Shown in pieces: positions 63,340-64,000 of a stretch of DNA of 64,000 bases. This DNA comes from an uncultured Chitinophaga sp. (lineage in GTDB: Bacteria; Planctomycetota; Planctomycetia; Planctomycetales; Planctomycetaceae), in contig CAZFDW010000001.1 in assembly GCA_964517865.1 (NCBI GenBank), forward strand, positions 82 to 64,081, in the 5' to 3' direction. Within the stretch, counting starts at the first letter, position 1. Each line of letters begins with the position of its first letter. The position numbers were made by a program, and so were the translations under genes. The notes under the pieces are model-generated. The model did not search any database and was not told where the DNA came from. It saw only the letters and a program-made list of their open reading frames with translations.

Positions 63340-63602
63340 GCTCGTGCTCCTGAAATGTGACCGGAATTCGAGAGCGTGCCCGATTCGCATTCTTCCGTCG
63401 GGCACGCGACTGCAGTGTTCGTAGTATGCCCTCGGCAAATCAAAATTGCTATGCAACAGCGAAGGAGACGCGGAACACATTTCCATCCCGTGGCCGCATG
63501 CGACACAGGCACGGCGCGAGGATCTGCAGCAGGAACTGCCGGAGATGATCGTCGCGTAATCTGCACACTCGAGACCACGGGCGTCGGATCTGCAACTCTG
63601 GC

Positions 63603-63666
63603 GTTTAACCCTGAGCCGCAGGCGACGGCTTCCGACCACTCCGTCGCCTGCGGCTCAGGGTTAAAC
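63603..63666. repeat. Perfect 26-bp inverted repeat with GTTTAACC...GGTTAAAC termini
   Basis: Arms at 63603-63628 and 63641-63666 with a 12-nt loop. Shares its 8-bp termini with 42150-42226 but has a different interior. Confidence 0.9.
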
Positions 63667-63676
63667 GATTAAGCCA

Positions 63677-63928
63677 TCAGTTCACTGATTCCATACCCCG
63701 GATGTACGCAGTCCAGCTATCCTGCAACGTGCTGATTTTAACGATTCTGCCGAAAGTCCTGATCCTAAGGGGGTCTGCGAGCCGATTTAAAAACCTGTCA
63801 ATGGAATATCTGAAGTCATCTGACGAGTCTCGGCATTGCGGACATGAGTCTGTTTCCGGGGGCGATTTGAGACAGTTTCGACTGTCGAACTGATCGGTCC
63901 GTTTTGCCGAGACTTCGTCCAGATTCAA
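63677..63928 (-). CDS. Questionable small ORF (83 aa), hypothetical
   Basis: ORF only; no motif, no clear SD. Confidence 0.2.
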   Translation of the reverse strand: MNLDEVSAKRTDQFDSRNCLKSPPETDSCPQCRDSSDDFRYSIDRFLNRLADPLRIRTFGRIVKISTLQDSWTAYIRGMESVN

Positions 63929-64000
63929 GTGCCGGTGTCAACCACGACACCGGCATGGAGCCATCGATCGTCGGGACCAGCAAGCCCGGCGATCGAATTT

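Noticed and set aside
63931-63954. 9-bp hairpin GCCGGTGTC/GACACCGGC near the window end
   Set aside because: It has no T-tract on either strand, and the gene context beyond the window is unknown.

Overview
This is a densely coding, moderately GC-rich chromosomal segment. It looks planctomycetal: two DUF1501 genes, a sulfatase, a sigma-54 activator, exported proteins carrying an N-terminal ESLE.R..L motif, and many GC-rich intergenic palindromes. The taxon call is inference only. The dominant feature is a ~20.5-kb lipid megasynthase cluster of two convergent operons (2796-23242), related to PUFA-synthase and heterocyst-glycolipid systems. The plus operon encodes a thioester reductase fused to SCP2, a stand-alone triple ACP, and a 2702-aa KS-CLF-AT-[peptidase C45/AAT-like]-KR-DH synthase. 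It continues with an overlapping Sfp-type PPTase and an ABC-2 exporter. The minus operon encodes a FabL-type enoyl reductase and a 1714-aa paralogous synthase with an intact KS and DH. Its CLF is truncated, its ACP-like domain lacks the serine, and its KR has lost its catalytic residues. Neither synthase carries a functional ACP in cis. The embedded C45/AAT domain and the degenerate partner synthase are the most novel-looking points. The rest of the window holds accessory and housekeeping genes. On the minus strand these include U32 peptidase, MATE, SDR and a Cys-less peroxiredoxin-like gene. An AT-richer islet carries VapBC, a duplicated orphan antitoxin and two coupled unknown small ORFs. 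Further genes are MOSC, gluconolactonase-like, sulfatase, a small acidic ORF coupled to an ATP-grasp ligase, DUF1501 (two copies) and an SNase-HhH nuclease. Also present are an NtrC-type activator, nadA, recR, a five-repeat exported protein, a PilZ protein and a Ser/Thr kinase followed by a probable eda remnant. The remainder comprises DUF423, an S9 peptidase, a GH63-like glycosidase, ispE, rhodanese, a YHS lipoprotein, coaX and an aldehyde dehydrogenase. Several families of intergenic inverted repeats are present, two of them showing compensatory covariation between copies. I recognised no rRNA, tRNA, CRISPR array, transposase or integrase. All calls rest on reading motifs in the supplied translations and sequence; no searches were run.
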